Source: a virus
Lineage: Duplodnaviria > Caudoviricetes
Virus record (IMG/VR): IMGVR_UViG_3300021142_000076
Location: 1 to 40,324 of that record
DNA: 40,324 nt
Direction: 5' to 3' (one strand)
A program made the translations under genes and the position numbers. Shown here piece by piece: positions 36,837 through 40,324 of this stretch. Each line of letters opens with the position of its first letter. Within the stretch, counting starts at the first letter, position 1. The notes under the pieces are model-generated. The model was given only the letters and a program-made list of their open reading frames with translations. It was not told the DNA's origin and ran no database searches.

Positions 36837-37235
36837 TTAGGCGTCCTTGTCCCAGGTGTAGGAATCCACCTCGTTCTTTGGCTGTCCGCCCTGCGTCTTG
36901 CCCGTCTTGATGCGGACGGTGCCCTTCTCTCCGCACAGGTCGAAAGCATCGATTTCGATGATCTCGCCCTCGCCGGGATGCTTGCCGACACTCTTCAGTA
37001 GAGCGTCAACTTTCCAGAAGGTGGCAGAGTCGAAAAACACGTTGTCGAAGACGGTCGCCTCGCCGTTGACGCGGAGCTTCAGTTCGATCTTCGGCGTTCC
37101 GGCCTTGAGCTTAGGGCCGTCTTTTTCGAGTTTGCTCTCCTTGGCGTCGATGATCTCGAACTCGTATTCACCCGGTTTGAGGATGACGCCTTGGGGTGCT
37201 TCTTTGGGTGCGCTTGCTGCAAATGTGATAGCCAT
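36837..37235 (-). CDS. Single-stranded DNA-binding protein (DUF669-like)
   Basis: LKPGEYEFEIID...WKV...L.G..G......G...NEV; ATG 37235; typical neighbour of Sak4. Confidence 0.8.
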   Translation of the reverse strand: MAITFAASAPKEAPQGVILKPGEYEFEIIDAKESKLEKDGPKLKAGTPKIELKLRVNGEATVFDNVFFDSATFWKVDALLKSVGKHPGEGEIIEIDAFDLCGEKGTVRIKTGKTQGGQPKNEVDSYTWDKDA

Positions 37236-37258
37236 AATAGTAGTGTTTTGAGTGTAGG

Positions 37259-38296
37259 TTACTTGGTTGCTTTCTTTCTCGACTTCGCCACGAATGCGGC
37301 TCCGTGATTGGTTTGGATGACGCCCTCTGGGATGGGCTCGGCGCCGTAGGTTTCTGTCCATAGCTTGGAAAATTTGGTGGCCGTGACGTTGCCAAGCTCA
37401 GCAGTGACGCGAGCTGTCCCGGCATCTCTAAGGAGATTCTTTTTGCCGTAGTTCTCAGCAAGGCACATGGCGGCCACCGTCTCTGTCTTGCGACCGTTCT
37501 GCAGCTGCCACCCAGGCACAGCCACACCGCCCGTCAGATGCTCACAGGCGGCGCTCTTCAGTTCATCATGCAGGCCGTCGTCCTTGGCGATTTGATAAGT
37601 GATTTCCATCAACCTGCCCAGGTCAGCAGGGCATGACTTGATGGTATTCAAATCGAGCTTGTCGGGTGCTCCCGTCAGCAGCATCGACAGCGGCTCAAGC
37701 CGGGCCTGACACGTCCAGCGCGCCGCACACCAGCCACAGTAATCGCAGGGGGTAGGCTTCGATTCAGGATCTTTGACCGCTGTCACTACCGACCGAACAA
37801 CAGCGGTAGCGCTTTCCAACGTCCACTTGGCCGTCACAATCTGCCGCTCGTCGCAGAACAACAGGTGAGTCGTCCACTCGTCGCAGAATTCTCGTTCCAT
37901 GAAGCCAACGGCATAGGCTGCCATCTGCTCGTGATAATTTCGCACCTGACCGCTTTTCAAATCGACAGAGAAGAGCTTTTCAGGACAGGCACCATCGGCG
38001 GTGCCATCCATGCCTAGCATCTCCACACGCAGGTCTTTTTCATCGGCCTGCACGGCGGCATTGCCAGCGAACAGACGGAAGGTCTGAACCGCCCACTCGA
38101 CCGCCGCGCAATCTTCCCGGTTGGCGTCAGGTGCCCAGCCAACGAAAGAGCCATTGAGGATGGAGCGGAAAGCTGAATCCATGGCGGTGCCACGATCCGC
38201 AGCAGCACCGGCCACCTCGGACGACTGGTAACGCGGACACTCTGCCAGCTTGGGGAGAGCCGAAGGGCGTAGGGGAACTGTCGGGATGCAGGTCAC
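37259..38296 (-). CDS. PD-(D/E)xK Cas4-like exonuclease
   Basis: RPS.L.....CP, RGT..D, GTADG, VDLKSG, QMAAY, CDYCGWC...C. Confidence 0.85.
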   Translation of the reverse strand: MTCIPTVPLRPSALPKLAECPRYQSSEVAGAAADRGTAMDSAFRSILNGSFVGWAPDANREDCAAVEWAVQTFRLFAGNAAVQADEKDLRVEMLGMDGTADGACPEKLFSVDLKSGQVRNYHEQMAAYAVGFMEREFCDEWTTHLLFCDERQIVTAKWTLESATAVVRSVVTAVKDPESKPTPCDYCGWCAARWTCQARLEPLSMLLTGAPDKLDLNTIKSCPADLGRLMEITYQIAKDDGLHDELKSAACEHLTGGVAVPGWQLQNGRKTETVAAMCLAENYGKKNLLRDAGTARVTAELGNVTATKFSKLWTETYGAEPIPEGVIQTNHGAAFVAKSRKKATK

Positions 38297-39330
38297 GCTG
38301 CCACCCCCGTTCCCTTGAGTGCCTGGGCGATGAAGCCAGCTGGGTTCTTCTGCACCTTCGTGATGTAGTCTGCTGTCACATCGAGGTAGGTCTGACCAGT
38401 CTGGATGATCTTACGACTGACAAGATAGGCGTTCACGGCTGCCGCATGCTCTCCGACAACGGCAGTCAAAGGGTGTTCTGCCGGCGGACCTCCGTTGGCG
38501 GGTGGCAGGCCAGGGATACCATCCTCTTTGGCCGTAACCGTTGTATTAATTGGCGCAGCCTTCGGGGCCTCCTTCGTGACAGGCTCCGCACCAGACACAG
38601 CGTTTCCCAAGCATCGCTTGATGGTGTCAATGCTCCATGCCTCTTCCTCCTTGAGCCCATGGCGGTTCTTCGCATCCCACGCAGCGGCATGAGCGCAGTA
38701 GAGAATGCGCTCCCGACCACTGGAAGCAACAGCCTTGAACGTTTTCTGGTCGCCTTCACCGATCTCGCGGACTTTGGTTTTCCAGTTACCGAAGAGGAGA
38801 GCATCGCACCACTCGCGCACCAACGGCCCTACCTGCTTTGAGAGCTTCAGCTCATAGCGGTCGAAGGCCCCGGCGCTGTCGGGAAGCTCGTGCTTCTTGG
38901 TATGGGTGTGAGCAAGCAAGATGACGTTCATCTTGAGGGCGCAGGTATTGAGCAGGGTGAGGATGCCGTTCACACGTTCAGCCAGGTAAACGTATCCCTT
39001 GCCATAGCCGAAGTCTTCGAGGCCTTTTTTGGAATGCTCTTCGCAGACTGCCTGAATGATGAGCTCTTCGAGCCAGTCAATCGTGTCGATGATGATCGTT
39101 TCAAAGCCTTGGCAGTCTTTAGAGAGTGCCTTGAGGGCATCCTCGGTTTCCTTCAGGGTGGACGGCTCAAGGCGTGCCACATTCAGATGATGCGTTCCTT
39201 TCTCAAAGTCGAGAAAGAGACTGTTCGGGATAAGTCCGGCCAGCGTGCTTTTGCCGAGACCTTCGGGGGCATAGATGACCAGACGTTGCGGGCGTGCGAC
39301 AGTGCCGCGTTTGATATTAAGTGGTGACAT
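38293..39330 (-). CDS. Sak4-like AAA_24 ssDNA-annealing ATPase
   Basis: YAPEGLGKST, IIIDTIDWLE, GYGKGY, AKNR. Confidence 0.9.
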   Translation of the reverse strand: MSPLNIKRGTVARPQRLVIYAPEGLGKSTLAGLIPNSLFLDFEKGTHHLNVARLEPSTLKETEDALKALSKDCQGFETIIIDTIDWLEELIIQAVCEEHSKKGLEDFGYGKGYVYLAERVNGILTLLNTCALKMNVILLAHTHTKKHELPDSAGAFDRYELKLSKQVGPLVREWCDALLFGNWKTKVREIGEGDQKTFKAVASSGRERILYCAHAAAWDAKNRHGLKEEEAWSIDTIKRCLGNAVSGAEPVTKEAPKAAPINTTVTAKEDGIPGLPPANGGPPAEHPLTAVVGEHAAAVNAYLVSRKIIQTGQTYLDVTADYITKVQKNPAGFIAQALKGTGVAA

Positions 39331-39353
39331 AATGTGGTGGTATGAGATTTAAG

Positions 39354-40324
39354 TTAAGACTCCATCACGGGTGCATATTCCTCTCCGCGCAGCCCGAACG
39401 TTGAGGCCACAGCATTGCGTGCGGTCATGGCCTGCGGACGCTGATCACGAGTCCATTCTTCCTGACGTTCACGTGACCATGCACCATCTGCGAGCGGGCG
39501 AAGATCGGGGGCCACACGGAGGAAGTATTGCTTAAACGTGCCGTCTGGCTCGGCAGTGGAGTTGACCACGCGCACCATGATAATCGGCTCATCGCCGGGC
39601 ATCTCCTTACTGTAGAGGATACCAGTCTCATCCTTGTGGATCTCTGCAGCGCCAGCCTCAATAAGGTAGCGTTCAATGCCGTATTTATCGACCATGATGC
39701 GGCGAATCTCGGCATTCGATTCGGCCTCGATTTTAGCCACGGTGATTTCTTGCGGCTTGAGAATGATCCAGGCTGGCACACGCACGCCATGAACTGCGAA
39801 CAAAGCCGAGCCGTCAGACCATTGGCAGAATGGGCCATCCATGCAGTGCGGGCGGTTCTGGTCATCTACCTTTAGCACTCGTGGCCGGTCAGACACGATG
39901 ACGAATTCTTTGTGAAAATACTGCGGCCCGCCGTGGATCGTGGCTTGTTCGTAGTGGTCCCACTTCGCGTAATCGACGCCGTGAGTATCGCCCAACTTTG
40001 CGACATGTCGAAAAAACGAGATGTACGAAGCCCATCCGCTCCACTGATTTCCGCCACGCCACATATACCATGCTTCTTGCGCGCATCGCAAGCCGAGCTT
40101 ACCGACCTTGAGAAGAGCAGCCAAGGCGAGCCAGTCACAATCGACAACAAACCATTTGGATAGGTCTGCTAAGACTCTGGTGGCATCGCTGGTGGCAGCG
40201 CGGGTGGCAGCGTAGGTGGCAGCGCTGGTGGCATCGTAGGTGGCAGCGCGGGTGGCATCGCTGGTGGCAGCGTCGGTGGCAGCGCGGGTGGCAGCGCTGG
40301 TGGCAGCGCGGGTGGCAGCGTCGG
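39354..40324 (-). CDS. C-terminal part of DUF6745-like protein
   Basis: Frame is open from the window end; SDRP..L..D.QNRPHC.DGP...WSDG.....HGV, NAEIRR, VVNSTAEPDG....YFLRV...AVASTFGL. Confidence 0.88.
   Translation of the reverse strand, partial: DAATRAATSAATRAATDAATSDATRAATYDATSAATYAATRAATSDATRVLADLSKWFVVDCDWLALAALLKVGKLGLRCAQEAWYMWRGGNQWSGWASYISFFRHVAKLGDTHGVDYAKWDHYEQATIHGGPQYFHKEFVIVSDRPRVLKVDDQNRPHCMDGPFCQWSDGSALFAVHGVRVPAWIILKPQEITVAKIEAESNAEIRRIMVDKYGIERYLIEAGAAEIHKDETGILYSKEMPGDEPIIMVRVVNSTAEPDGTFKQYFLRVAPDLRPLADGAWSRERQEEWTRDQRPQAMTARNAVASTFGLRGEEYAPVMES
40179..40324. repeat. Same 12-bp tandem repeat, 12 units
   Basis: Directly visible. Confidence 0.97.

Larger units (their letters stand above)
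1..40324. mobile_element. Temperate podovirus-like phage genome, near complete, probably circular
   Basis: Full set of TerS/TerL, portal, scaffold, MCP, tail tubular A/B, internal virion proteins, fibre, replication genes and integrase. There is no tape measure or sheath gene and no host housekeeping gene. One ORF continues across both window ends. Confidence 0.93.

Noticed and set aside
37259-38296. Cas4 as evidence of a CRISPR system
   Set aside because: It sits in a standard Sak4-exonuclease-SSB recombination module.
1-40324. Diversity-generating retroelement or invertible fibre cassette
   Set aside because: I saw no reverse transcriptase, template/variable repeat pair or invertase; the repeat variation is not adenine-specific.
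40299-40324. Direct terminal repeat of the virion DNA
   Set aside because: The similarity between the ends is due to the internal tandem repeat; unit order does not give an exact end-to-start overlap.

Overview
This window looks like a near-complete (~40 kb) temperate podovirus genome with T7-like virion architecture, in its excised or virion form. It appears circular and to have been opened inside a 12-bp tandem repeat in one gene that spans both window ends. Almost all genes are on the minus strand. In transcription order, the early/replication module has an RHH regulator, small ORFs, a YRQGDV protein, an HNH endonuclease, a DUF6745-like repeat protein, a Sak4-like ATPase, a PD-(D/E)xK nuclease, SSB, RuvC-like resolvase, SF2 helicase, a primase-helicase and an iteron origin. 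The packaging/head module has TerS, TerL, a GH75-like hydrolase, portal, scaffold and major capsid protein. The tail module has tubular A/B, internal virion proteins including a 2521-aa polyvalent protein, and a collagen fibre. Lysis-like membrane genes, attP and a tyrosine integrase follow. The only convincing plus-strand gene is a ribbon-helix-helix protein. The main observations are: a divergent RHH/RHH switch in place of cI/Cro; a conserved TTGnnn-N10-TGATTC motif upstream of four late genes; toxin-like cassettes in the giant ejection protein bounded by a repeated T[FH]S[LVI]R motif; a combinatorial tetrapeptide repeat; and several structured intergenic elements. Family assignments come from motif recognition and synteny only; no searches were run. 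C/A-rich leaders lacking Shine-Dalgarno sites hint at a Verrucomicrobiota/PVC-type host, which is inference.
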